Positions 55,315 through 64,000 of a stretch of 64,000 bases of DNA are shown here, piece after piece (within the stretch, counting starts at the first letter, position 1; each line of letters opens with the position of its first letter). The DNA comes from an uncultured Eubacteriales bacterium (GTDB lineage Bacteria; Actinomycetota; Coriobacteriia; Anaerosomatales; CAVRZR01), in the NCBI GenBank assembly GCA_964354215.1, contig CAYGYT010000003.1, positions 20,272 to 84,271 of the forward strand, written 5' to 3'. A program made the position numbers and the translations under genes. Under the pieces are notes generated by a model. The model was not told where the DNA came from. It made no database searches and saw nothing but the letters and a program-made list of their open reading frames with translations.

Positions 55315-55665
55315 ATGTCTGACGAGATCAAACTAGAAGGACTGGGCGTTGCGCCTAGCGTCGTGGACACAATCGTCACCCTCGCGGCGGAGGCCGTCGA
55401 AGGGGTCGCGGCCGTCGGCGCTCCCGGGCTTGCGGGGCTCGTCCAGAAGGGCGTGGCCAAGGGCGCGAGTCGCGCGGTCGAGGTTACGGCGGGCGAGGAC
55501 GGTTCGGTGGCGGTGAACGTCCACATCCACGCGGTGTACGGGCATCAGCTCCTCGAGGTCGGTCGAAACGTGCAGGCTGCTGTCGCCGATGCCATGGCGA
55601 GCCAGGTCGGCGTTACCGTCACGGCGGTCGACGTGTACATCGACGGCATCGTCTTCGAGAAGTAG
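55315..55665 (+). CDS. Asp23/Gls24 family envelope-stress (alkaline shock) protein
   Basis: 116 aa. VAPSVVDTIVTLAAEAVEGV and VAVNVHI...VYG pattern. The position between accC and nusB is conserved. Confidence 0.85.
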   Translation: MSDEIKLEGLGVAPSVVDTIVTLAAEAVEGVAAVGAPGLAGLVQKGVAKGASRAVEVTAGEDGSVAVNVHIHAVYGHQLLEVGRNVQAAVADAMASQVGVTVTAVDVYIDGIVFEK

Positions 55666-55677
55666 CGGCATGCACTG

Positions 55678-56133
55678 ATGCTTGAACGCCGCAGAGCGAG
55701 ACGCCAGGCTCTACAGATCCTCTATCAGCGAGAAGTGAGCACGCAGTCGGTCAGTCGCATCCTCGCCGATCGCTCGTTCGTGGCCGATGAGGTTGAACTG
55801 GACGAGCCGAGCGAGTTCTGCCGGCTGCTCGCGCTCGGAACCGAGCAACACATGGAAGAGATTGATGAGCTCATCGGAAAGGTCTCGGAACACTGGGTTG
55901 TGTCGCGGATGCCGCTCGTGGATCGCAACATCCTCCGCGTCGCAGTCTTCGAGCTGCTCTATCTCGATGAAGTACCCGCCTCGGTGACCATCAACGAGGC
56001 CGTAGAGCTCGGCAAGACCTACGGCGGCGAGGACTCGTCGAAGTTCATCAACGGCGTGCTCGGACGCATCGCCGATCAACAGGCTGCGGCGCACCCGGCG
56101 CCCTTGACGACTTCGGAGAGTGCCGATGGGTGA
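55678..56133 (+). CDS. nusB: transcription antitermination factor NusB
   Basis: RRRARRQALQILYQ start and the NILRVAVFELLY...INEAVELGK pattern. Confidence 0.92.
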   Translation: MLERRRARRQALQILYQREVSTQSVSRILADRSFVADEVELDEPSEFCRLLALGTEQHMEEIDELIGKVSEHWVVSRMPLVDRNILRVAVFELLYLDEVPASVTINEAVELGKTYGGEDSSKFINGVLGRIADQQAAAHPAPLTTSESADG

Positions 56134-56440
56134 GGCGGAATACACATTCGCGCAGGCGCGCGCGCGGTTGGAGGATATCGTCGGTCAGGTGCGCAAGAAG
56201 GACCTGTCACTGGAGCGCAGCCTCGACCTGCTTGAAGAGGGCGTGCGTCTCGCGAACGTGTGTACGGAGCAGATCGACCAGTCCGAGTGGCGCGCCGTTG
56301 CCGAGGAGCTGCAGGCCGAGGCCGACACCACCGAGAGCGCGCTGTCCGACGAATCGGAGGACCGCACGGATTCGGCTGGCCGCCTAGACGCGGACCTCGG
56401 CGATGACGACGGCGAACTGGAACCGGTCGCAGAGCAGTAA
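56120..56440 (+). CDS. xseB: exodeoxyribonuclease VII small subunit, with an extended acidic tail
   Basis: FAQARARLEDIVGQVRKKDLSLERSLDLLEEGVRLANVC matches the XseB helical hairpin. Overlaps nusB by 14 nt. Confidence 0.85.
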   Translation: MPMGEAEYTFAQARARLEDIVGQVRKKDLSLERSLDLLEEGVRLANVCTEQIDQSEWRAVAEELQAEADTTESALSDESEDRTDSAGRLDADLGDDDGELEPVAEQ

Positions 56441-56564
56441 CGCGGCGATGACGCGCAGCGGCGTTCGATTGTGGCCCCGAGCGGCCCGTACTATCGTTTG
56501 TGTACCGAATGCGGTGTTCGTACGAGCTGCATGACGTGACGAGGACCCTGGAGATGAACGTCCG

Positions 56565-58511
56565 GTGGACGAAGAGCGCATTCTCGATCGCATAGAGTCG
56601 CCGGCGGACCTCGGGCCGCTCGGTGACGCAGAGCTCAAGCAGCTCTGCGCTGAGATTCGGGACGAGCTCGTCGCCACCGTGTCGCAGACCGGGGGGCATC
56701 TTGCCCCGAACCTCGGCGTAGTTGAACTCACTATCGGCATCCACCGCGCCCTGGACTGTCCTCGCGACAAGATCATTTGGGACGTCGGTCACCAGTCCTA
56801 CGTGCACAAGTTGCTCACCGGACGCCGGGAGAGATTCGGTACGCTCAGGCAGTACGGGGGCGTGTGCGGATTCCCCAAGCGCGCTGAGTCTACCTGTGAC
56901 GTGTTCGACACGGGTCACGCGTCCGACTCGCTGTCTGTGGCCCTCGGTCTCGCCGAGGCGCGAGACCGCGTCGGAGGCGATGAGACTGTCCTTGCCGTCA
57001 TCGGGGACGGATCGCTCACCGGCGGCATGGCCTTCGAGGCTCTGAATCAAATCGGGCACTTGGGCTCGCGCCTCGTGATCGTGCTCAACGACAACGAGAT
57101 GTCCATCGCTGAGAATGTCGGCGCGCTCGCACACTATCTTGCTCGCGTTCGCCTCGATCCCCGCTACAACCGTCTGCGTGACGACGTCGAGTCCCGCCTT
57201 GCGCGAACGAAGCTCGGCGCCGTGATGGTAGGCGCCGGCGAGGCCGTCAAGGAGTCGGTGAAGCAGCTGCTGGTTCCGGGCATGTTGTTCGAGGAGCTGG
57301 GGCTGAAGTACGTCGGCCCGATCGACGGGCACGACATCGAGGCCGTGCAGTCCTCCGTGCGGTGGGCTGCGAATGCCGGAGGGCCGGTCATCATTCACGC
57401 GGTCACGCGCAAGGGCGCTGGGTACGTCCATGCCGAGAACGAGCCCGAGTCGTTCCACGGCATCAGTCCGTTCTCGATTGACACCGGTCGCCCGAATGGC
57501 TCAGGCGGCCCCCTCTCGTTCACCGAGACGTTCAGTCGCGCGCTCGTCGCCGAGGCCGAGCACGACGAGCACGTCGTCGCCATCACCGCAGCGATGCCGT
57601 CCGGCACCGGGCTTGACGCCTTCGCCGAGCGGTTCCCGCAGCGCTTCTACGACGTGGGCATCGCGGAGCAGCACGCGGTCGGCCTGGCTGCGGGACTGGC
57701 GCTCGGCGGGCTCACGCCCGTTGTCGCCATCTACTCGACCTTCCTGCAGCGTGGCTACGACCAGCTCATCATGGACGTCGCGCTGCAGAACCTCCATGTC
57801 GTCTTCTGCTTGGACCGGGCGGGTTTGGTGGGGGAGGACGGGCCGACGCACCACGGGGTGTTCGACCTCACCTACCTCAGGTCCATCCCAAACATGATGG
57901 TTCTGGCTCCAGCAGACGAGGCCGAGCTCGTGAACGCGCTGCACACTGCGCTCGCCGCCGACGGCCCCGTTGCGATCCGCTACCCGCGTGGCGCCGGAGT
58001 CGGCGTCCCGCTTCCCGAGAAGCCCGTGATCTACGAGGCCGGCCGCGGCCAAGTGCGGCGCGAAGGCACCGACGTGGCGATTCTCGCGGTCGGCAGGATG
58101 GTGCCGGTCGTCGAGAAGGCGGCGGACTTGCTTGCGGCCGGCGGTGTGTCGGCCGAGGTCGTGAATATGCGGTGGGTAAAACCCCTTGACCTCGGGCTGC
58201 TCTCCGAGGCCGCCACGGCATACCCGCTCGTGGTCACCGTTGAGGAGAACACCGGGGTCGGGGGATTCGGCGCGGCTGTGTGCGAGTCCTTGTCCGACCT
58301 GGGGCTGACAACTCCCGTGCTTCGTCTCGCGATACCCGACTGTTTCGTGACCCACGGTGCCATGTCGAAGCTTCTCGCAGATGTCGGCCTCACGCCCGAG
58401 GGTGTACATGATGCCGTCATCGGCAGGCTCCGAGAGCTTCGCGATGCGGCGGTGCCTTCCCCCGAGTCCGGATCCCATGGCGCGGCGACGAGCAGACGTC
58501 GTCCTCGTTGA
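56565..58511 (+). CDS. dxs: 1-deoxy-D-xylulose-5-phosphate synthase
   Basis: GGHLAPNLGVVELT, the TPP motif GDGSLTGGMAFEALN...NDN, and GIAEQHAV. GTG start. Confidence 0.96.
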   Translation: MDEERILDRIESPADLGPLGDAELKQLCAEIRDELVATVSQTGGHLAPNLGVVELTIGIHRALDCPRDKIIWDVGHQSYVHKLLTGRRERFGTLRQYGGVCGFPKRAESTCDVFDTGHASDSLSVALGLAEARDRVGGDETVLAVIGDGSLTGGMAFEALNQIGHLGSRLVIVLNDNEMSIAENVGALAHYLARVRLDPRYNRLRDDVESRLARTKLGAVMVGAGEAVKESVKQLLVPGMLFEELGLKYVGPIDGHDIEAVQSSVRWAANAGGPVIIHAVTRKGAGYVHAENEPESFHGISPFSIDTGRPNGSGGPLSFTETFSRALVAEAEHDEHVVAITAAMPSGTGLDAFAERFPQRFYDVGIAEQHAVGLAAGLALGGLTPVVAIYSTFLQRGYDQLIMDVALQNLHVVFCLDRAGLVGEDGPTHHGVFDLTYLRSIPNMMVLAPADEAELVNALHTALAADGPVAIRYPRGAGVGVPLPEKPVIYEAGRGQVRREGTDVAILAVGRMVPVVEKAADLLAAGGVSAEVVNMRWVKPLDLGLLSEAATAYPLVVTVEENTGVGGFGAAVCESLSDLGLTTPVLRLAIPDCFVTHGAMSKLLADVGLTPEGVHDAVIGRLRELRDAAVPSPESGSHGAATSRRRPR

Positions 58512-59271
58512 GCGAGGGCTTTTCGAGTCCCGCGAGCAGGCTCGCGCCGCCATCCTCGCTGGGGAAGTGCGCATCGGCGACTCCCCGATCGCGAAAGCAG
58601 GCGAGCTGATCGATCCGGACAGCGCCCTTGTGGTGGCCGAGCGTCCACGGTTCGTGTCTCGGGGCGGCGACAAACTGCTCGGAGCGCTCGAGGCGTTCTC
58701 GCTCGACGTCGCCGGCATGCGTGCGGTTGACGTCGGGGCATCCACTGGCGGGTTCACGGACTGTCTGCTCAAGGCTGGTGCGTGCTCCGTGTGCGCGATC
58801 GACGTCGGCTACGGTCAACTCGCCTGGGCGCTCCGCACCGATCCGCGCGTGCACGTGGTCGAACGGACCAACATCCGGGCCGTGGACCCCGCCGCGGTGG
58901 GCGCGCCGTTCGATCTCGCCGTCGTGGATGTGTCGTTCATCAGCCTTGGGCTCGTTCTGCCGCAGCTCTCGGCACTCATCGGCTCGTCGGGGCAGCTGCT
59001 CGCGCTGGTAAAGCCCCAGTTCGAGGCGGGTAAGGGGCGTGTGGGAAAACGAGGCGTCGTTCGAGACCCGGCGGTCCACAGGGACGTACTGGCGCAGGTC
59101 GTGGAGGCGGTGACGAGCGCGGGCCTCCGCGCACGTGGGCTGACGTGGTCGCCCATAACCGGACCCGAGGGTAACATTGAGTTCTGGATCTGGGCGGCGG
59201 CTGCCGGAGAGCCGACCGCGGTGGACATCGACCACGTGGTGGCCGAAGCGCACACGAGGCTGGGAGGATAG
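58477..59271 (+). CDS. tlyA: TlyA-family rRNA 2'-O-ribose methyltransferase (S4 + FtsJ domains)
   Basis: The ATG at 58477 gives MARRRADVVLVERGL (S4). SAM motif VDVGASTGGFTDCLL is present. Confidence 0.9.
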   Translation: MARRRADVVLVERGLFESREQARAAILAGEVRIGDSPIAKAGELIDPDSALVVAERPRFVSRGGDKLLGALEAFSLDVAGMRAVDVGASTGGFTDCLLKAGACSVCAIDVGYGQLAWALRTDPRVHVVERTNIRAVDPAAVGAPFDLAVVDVSFISLGLVLPQLSALIGSSGQLLALVKPQFEAGKGRVGKRGVVRDPAVHRDVLAQVVEAVTSAGLRARGLTWSPITGPEGNIEFWIWAAAAGEPTAVDIDHVVAEAHTRLGG

Positions 59272-60120
59272 GTGCGAGTACTGCTCGTCCCCAACACGGC
59301 GAATCCGCCTGCCCTGGCCGCGGCCACCGAGATCGCCGCGTGGCTCGTCGGACTCGGTTTCGAGCCCGCTCTGACGGCCGAGGATGCGGACGCTGCGGGC
59401 CTAGCCGGGTTCGCAGTTTCACCCTCCGACCTTGGGGAGCCCGCGCTCGTCGTCGCCCTCGGTGGCGACGGCACCATTCTCAAGGCGGTACACATCCTGG
59501 GGGAGATAGAGGCGCCGATCCTCGGAGTGAACTTCGGCAGGCTCGGGTTCCTCTCCGGTGCGCGAGCGGAGCACGCGCGCGAGGCTATCGAAAGTGCGCT
59601 CGCGGGCGAGGCGCGGATCGAACGTCGCGTCACGCTTCGTGTCGATCTCGTGATGGAGGGCCGATCGGTCGGGACGTACCGGGCACTGAACGAGGTGTTC
59701 TTCGGTCGAGGAGTCTCCGGTCGTGTGGTGACGATGGAGATCTTCGTGGACGGAGGACGCGTGATGCGGTTCAACGGAGACGGGGTGGTGGTCGCAACCT
59801 CAACCGGTTCGACCGCGTACGCGCTTTCTGCCGGTGGCCCCATCGTTGCGCCCGACGTCGCCGGTCTCGTGGTGGTGCCAGTCGCGCCCCACACGCTTAC
59901 GGCCCGTCCCCTCGTCGTCGGGCCCTCGGCGGTCGTCGAGATCGAGCTGCCGGACCCCGCACGCTCGGATGCGTGTCTCACCATCGACGGTGACCACGTT
60001 CCGTGCCGCCAGCGGATCGATCGCGTGACCGTCACTCAGGGAGCCAACGACGTCACGCTCGTCCGGCTCGACGGGCGGGAGTTCTTCGATGTTGTCGCCG
60101 AGGAGTTCTTCGGAGGCTGA
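59272..60120 (+). CDS. nadK: NAD kinase
   Basis: GGDGTILKA and NEVFFGR motifs and a TGSTAYALSAGGP block. Confidence 0.93.
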   Translation: MRVLLVPNTANPPALAAATEIAAWLVGLGFEPALTAEDADAAGLAGFAVSPSDLGEPALVVALGGDGTILKAVHILGEIEAPILGVNFGRLGFLSGARAEHAREAIESALAGEARIERRVTLRVDLVMEGRSVGTYRALNEVFFGRGVSGRVVTMEIFVDGGRVMRFNGDGVVVATSTGSTAYALSAGGPIVAPDVAGLVVVPVAPHTLTARPLVVGPSAVVEIELPDPARSDACLTIDGDHVPCRQRIDRVTVTQGANDVTLVRLDGREFFDVVAEEFFGG

Positions 60121-60121
60121 T

Positions 60122-61771
60122 GTGCTCGAGGAACTCCACGTTCGCGATCTTGCCCTCATAGATGACGTCTGGCTCGAATTCGGCCCCGGCATGACCGTGC
60201 TGACCGGCGAGACGGGTGCCGGCAAGACAGCGCTCGTCGGCGCGCTCAAGCTGCTCGTCGGCGAGCGCGCGGACTCCATGCTCGTGCGGTCCGGTGCGAG
60301 CGAGGCGCTGGTTGAAGGCCGCTTTGCAATCGAAGACACGGAGATCGTCGCGCGGCGCCGCGTGAGCGTCGACGGCCGCTCGCGCTGCACGCTCGACGAC
60401 GAGATGACCACCGTGTCAGCCCTCGCCGCGCGCCTCGGGCCGCTCATCGACCTGCACGGGCAACACGACCACCAAGCGCTCCTTGTTCCGGCCTCGCACG
60501 TGCTCTATCTGGATCGTCACGCTGGCCCGCCCCTCCCCGAGGCGCTCGGGCTGTACCGGGAGGCGCACGATCGCTTTGGTCATGCGGTTGCCGTGCATGC
60601 GGAGCGTGCGAGGGCGCTGTCGGAATCCGAACGCCAGGCGGACTACCTGCGATTCGTGGTCGCCGAGATCACCGATGCCGGGGTGCGTGCCGACGAAGAC
60701 GCCGAGCTTGAGGCGCGATTGCCGGGGCTCAGGCACGCAGAGCGCCTCATGGAGGCGGCTGCCCAGTCGGCGTCCGCTCTGCGCGCGGAGGGGGGCGCGT
60801 CGGATGTCGTTGGGACGGCGACAGCCCTGCTTGCCAAGGCCGCGGGACTCGACCCCACACTCGACTCTCTCGCCGAGCGTCTCGCCGACGTCCACGCTAC
60901 GCTCGATGACGTAGCGGTGTCGATCCGGTCGTACGGCGAGTCGCTCGAGCACGATCCCGCGGCGCTTGACGAGATCGAGGGGCGCTTGGCCACGCTGGGC
61001 GCGCTCAAGAAGAAGTACGGTCCGGCGCTCGGCGACGTTCTGCGGACCCAATCTGACGCGGCGGAGCAGCTCGAGGTGCTCGCTGCCGGCGAGGATGGAC
61101 TCATGGCCGCACAAGAAACGGTTGCCGTCGCCGAAGGTGAGCTCCGCGAGCGAGCATCGGTGCTCGAGCGCCTTCGGCGTGACGCAGCCCCGGGGTTCGT
61201 CGACGCGCTTGTGGATGCGAGCGCCGACCTAGCCATGGAATCCGCACGGTTCGAGGTCTCCTTCACGGATCTGCCGTTCGAGACCTGGACGATCACGGGT
61301 CCGCACCGGGTGGAGTTCCTGTTTGCGGCCGCGCCGTCCGAGCCCGCCCGCCCGCTCGCTCGCATAGCATCCGGCGGGGAAATCTCGCGCGTCATGCTCG
61401 CGCTCAAAAGCGTCCTCGGGAGTGCCGATGACGTTCCGATACTGGTGTTCGACGAGATCGATGCAGGAATCGGCGGTGCGACCGCTCATGCCGTCGGTAG
61501 GCGGCTTGCCTCTCTCGCTCGTGGCCGTCAGGTGATCGTCGTGACCCATCTCGCGCAGGTCGCTGCGTTCGCCGACCGCCAGCTCGTCGTCGTGCGCTCT
61601 ACCGAGGACGGGAGAGCAGCCACGCGTGTCAGCGCCGTCGAGGGCGGCGAGCGCTTGGTCGAGCTGGCGCGGATGCTGTCGGGCACGGACTCGGACGCGA
61701 GTCTTGCCCATGCCAACCAGCTCCTCGAAAGCGCGCAGGTTGAGGCGTCAAGAGTCGCTGCGCCGAACTAG
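60122..61771 (+). CDS. recN: DNA repair protein RecN
   Basis: The GTG at 60122 gives VLEELHVRDLALID. Walker A GETGAGKT, a coiled-coil middle, and the C-terminal LVFDEIDAGIGG. Confidence 0.95.
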   Translation: MLEELHVRDLALIDDVWLEFGPGMTVLTGETGAGKTALVGALKLLVGERADSMLVRSGASEALVEGRFAIEDTEIVARRRVSVDGRSRCTLDDEMTTVSALAARLGPLIDLHGQHDHQALLVPASHVLYLDRHAGPPLPEALGLYREAHDRFGHAVAVHAERARALSESERQADYLRFVVAEITDAGVRADEDAELEARLPGLRHAERLMEAAAQSASALRAEGGASDVVGTATALLAKAAGLDPTLDSLAERLADVHATLDDVAVSIRSYGESLEHDPAALDEIEGRLATLGALKKKYGPALGDVLRTQSDAAEQLEVLAAGEDGLMAAQETVAVAEGELRERASVLERLRRDAAPGFVDALVDASADLAMESARFEVSFTDLPFETWTITGPHRVEFLFAAAPSEPARPLARIASGGEISRVMLALKSVLGSADDVPILVFDEIDAGIGGATAHAVGRRLASLARGRQVIVVTHLAQVAAFADRQLVVVRSTEDGRAATRVSAVEGGERLVELARMLSGTDSDASLAHANQLLESAQVEASRVAAPN

Positions 61772-61846
61772 CCGGCGTTCGCTTTGGAGTCGCGCAGTTG
61801 ACAGCTCGAAGCGTCGGCTGCGGCAACCGTTCGGAGCGGGGGCGTG

Positions 61847-61855
61847 TGCTACGAT
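61847..61855 (+). promoter_or_regulatory. extended -10 promoter TGcTACGAT upstream of steA
   Basis: Read directly. It would place the transcription start near 61862, which favours the ATG at 61904 over the GTG at 61844. Confidence 0.35.
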
Positions 61856-61903
61856 AGCCGCTCGTCGGACGGCCCTGTCGTCCGAGTCGATCCGGGAGCG
61901 TTC

Positions 61904-63025
61904 ATGCGTCACCAGGGCGTCGCCAAGCTCGACAAGCGAACGAAAGACCTCGTCAAGCGGCTCAACCCCGACAGCGTCGCCATCATCGATCACATCGATA
62001 TGGATCGGGTCAGCGCCGAGTCGCTCGTTTCGACCGGCGTCGAGGTCGTGGTCAACGCATCGGAGTCGATTTCCGGCGTCTACCCGAACCTTGGACCCCT
62101 CATCCTTACTCGGAGTGGCATCACGCTACTCGACAACGTCGGGACAGCGGTGTTCGACCTCGTCCGAGAGGGCGACCACATCGAGGTGGTGGGGGACGAC
62201 GTCATCCGGCAGGGCGAGATCGTGGCGAGCGGTACGCGTCTGTCGGTCACATCGATCGAAGCTGCCATGGAGCAGGCCAAGGCCGGGCTCTCCACGCAAC
62301 TCGACAAGTTCGCTCGGAACACGATCGAGTACCTCGAGCAGGAGCAGGCGCTTCTCACGGACCCCACGTGGGTTCCGCGCACTCGAGTGCACCTGAGCGG
62401 GAGGCACGTGCTGGTTGTGGTGAGAGGCTACGACTACAAGGAGGACCTCGGTGCACTGAGGCCCTACATCCGCGAGATGCGGCCCGTGTTGGTGGGCGTT
62501 GACGGCGGTGCGGACGCGATCATGGACGCCGGATTCGCCCCCGACATCATTGTCGGCGACATGGACTCGGTCTCGGACGGCGCGCTTCGCAGCGGAGCCG
62601 AACTCATCGTGCACGCCTATGCGGACGGCCGATGCCCCGGGATGGAGCGGCTCGACTCGCTGGGGCTTCCGGGAACATCGTGGCCGCTGGGGGCAACGAG
62701 CGAGGACCTTGCGTTGTTGCTTGCCTACGAGTCGGGAGCCGATCTCATCGTGGCCGTTGGCACGCATGCCAACCTTGTCGAGTACCTGGACAAGGGCAGG
62801 AAGGGCATGGCGTCAAGCTTCCTCGTCCGGCTCAAGGTCGGCCCGAAGCTCGTGGACGCAAAAGGCGTGAACAAGCTCTACCGCACGTCGGTCGGCCCGG
62901 CCGATCTCCTCTTGCTCGTCGGGGCGGCTCTCATCGCGGTCACTGCGATCGTGTTCGTCTCGCCAGTGGCCCGCTCCATGATGGAACTCATCGTGCTCAA
63001 GATGCGCACCTGGCTCGGCGTGTAG
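61904..63025 (+). CDS. steA: SteA-like putative cytokinetic-ring protein (thiamine-pyrophosphokinase-like domain + C-terminal TM)
   Basis: GVAKLDKRTKDLVKRL start. The GVDGGAD...IVGDMDS motif resembles the TPK catalytic domain. The position after recN matches other actinobacteria. GGGAG SD precedes 61904. Confidence 0.8.
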   Translation: MRHQGVAKLDKRTKDLVKRLNPDSVAIIDHIDMDRVSAESLVSTGVEVVVNASESISGVYPNLGPLILTRSGITLLDNVGTAVFDLVREGDHIEVVGDDVIRQGEIVASGTRLSVTSIEAAMEQAKAGLSTQLDKFARNTIEYLEQEQALLTDPTWVPRTRVHLSGRHVLVVVRGYDYKEDLGALRPYIREMRPVLVGVDGGADAIMDAGFAPDIIVGDMDSVSDGALRSGAELIVHAYADGRCPGMERLDSLGLPGTSWPLGATSEDLALLLAYESGADLIVAVGTHANLVEYLDKGRKGMASSFLVRLKVGPKLVDAKGVNKLYRTSVGPADLLLLVGAALIAVTAIVFVSPVARSMMELIVLKMRTWLGV

Positions 63026-63074
63026 CGGCGGTCTGGCGCATACTGGCGCCTGACGCGGCCAAAGGAGTTGTGGC

Positions 63075-63935
63075 ATGTACAACCTGCGCTACCACATTGC
63101 CTCTCTTGTCGCGGTGTTCCTCGCGCTTTCGGTGGGACTCGTTCTCGGCAGCATCGTCGTCGAGCGTGGAACCATCGACCGACAGCAGGCAGCGCTCGTC
63201 CGGAGCCTGCAGAAGGACTTCGTGCGCATCAACGCCGAGAACAGGGTGCTCGGTGCTCAGGTGAGCGCGAGCGAGGAATTCGCCAACGCGCTCGTCCCAC
63301 AGACAACGCAGGGTCTCCTCGAGGGGCGGACCATTCTCGTCCTCACGAACGCGGGACGCACCGACGGGCTGTCTTCGGCGGTCAACGCGATCGAAGACGC
63401 GGGAGGGCGTGCTGCCATCGCGATGCTGCAAGAGCAGGGGCTGAGCCTCGACAAACCGTCAGTCTCCTCGGCCGCAACCGCCGTGCTGGGCGACACTGTG
63501 AGTACGAACGAACTCGACGAATCCGTCGCGGCATCGCTCACCGCCGAGTGGACCGGGACCGGCCCCCGTCAGCTCGTGGACGCCCTTGTCGAAGCTCAAG
63601 CGATACGCATGGAGAACATGCCGTCTGACACCCCCGCTGATGGGTTCGTGGTGCTCGCCTCGTGGGACAGCGAGGCCGATCCTCTGACCCTCAAACTGGC
63701 GGCGCTCGCACGAGATCGCGGCCGCGCTGTCGTGGGGGCTCAGGCGTTCGCTTCTTCCACGCGCGTGGCGGCGACGTTCGCTGACGAGGGATTCGATTCG
63801 GTGAACGACCTCGGGACGCCGAGAGGGGAGTACTCGCTCGCGCTGCTGCTCGCCGGTCGTGCCACGGGATCCTACGGCGTGGGGCCCGCCGTCGACGGTC
63901 CGTTCCCTCCCGTCCCCGCCCAACCGTCGAAGTAG
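63075..63935 (+). CDS. steB: SteB / MctB-type 'copper transporter' family membrane protein
   Basis: The N-terminus MYNLRYHIASLVAVFLALSVGLVLG is typical of the family. AAGGAG SD is present. The gene follows steA. Confidence 0.75.
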   Translation: MYNLRYHIASLVAVFLALSVGLVLGSIVVERGTIDRQQAALVRSLQKDFVRINAENRVLGAQVSASEEFANALVPQTTQGLLEGRTILVLTNAGRTDGLSSAVNAIEDAGGRAAIAMLQEQGLSLDKPSVSSAATAVLGDTVSTNELDESVAASLTAEWTGTGPRQLVDALVEAQAIRMENMPSDTPADGFVVLASWDSEADPLTLKLAALARDRGRAVVGAQAFASSTRVAATFADEGFDSVNDLGTPRGEYSLALLLAGRATGSYGVGPAVDGPFPPVPAQPSK

Positions 63936-64000
63936 GGTCCTGGGGCGGGCAAGATCGGTTCCGCCCTCTGCGGGTTGGCCGGCTGGCACTAGGGTCGTTC

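Overview
This is a high-GC, gene-dense stretch of core chromosome. All confident genes except three are on the plus strand. I saw no rRNA, tRNA, CRISPR array, transposase or integrase. All calls come from reading the supplied translations and the DNA; no database search was run.

Gene order matches the actinobacterial core blocks as I remember them: yajC-secD-secF ... relA - MBL hydrolase - hisS - aspS ... rarA ... alaS-ruvX-mltG-aroE ... aroC-aroK-aroB-aroQ-pepP-efp-nusB, then tlyA-nadK-recN-steA-steB. It also matches the Bacillus order (queA-tgt-yajC-secDF-recJ-relA-hisS-aspS, and efp-accBC-asp23-nusB-xseB-dxs-tlyA-recN). A superoxide reductase gene hints at an anaerobic lifestyle. A deep-branching actinobacterium is my best guess, and that is inference only.

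Four parts of the window stand out:
1. The recJ position holds one 1212-codon ORF that fuses a full RecJ exonuclease core, a HIRAN domain and a RecQ-like SF2 helicase.
2. A 13-gene type IV pilus locus sits inside the shikimate operon, between aroE and aroC. It opens with an extra PilB-like ATPase followed by a conservon/MglAB-like module: a Roadblock/LC7 protein, a DUF4388 protein with about 400 aa of low-complexity sequence, and a CvnD/MglA-like small GTPase.
3. The accB position after efp is taken by a carboxyltransferase+BCCP fusion next to a biotin carboxylase, which looks like a two-subunit pyruvate carboxylase.
4. There are several smaller oddities:
   - an ECF sigma/anti-sigma pair splitting queA from tgt;
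   - a degenerate HATPase partner of a SigB-type sigma factor;
   - an xseB with no adjacent xseA;
   - a start-less, coding-like remnant after crcB;
   - a 299-nt ORF-free gap after aspS.

Promoter-like elements are mostly extended -10 boxes (TGnTAGAAT / TGnTATCAT). Three genes (queH, tgt and the recJ fusion) look leaderless.
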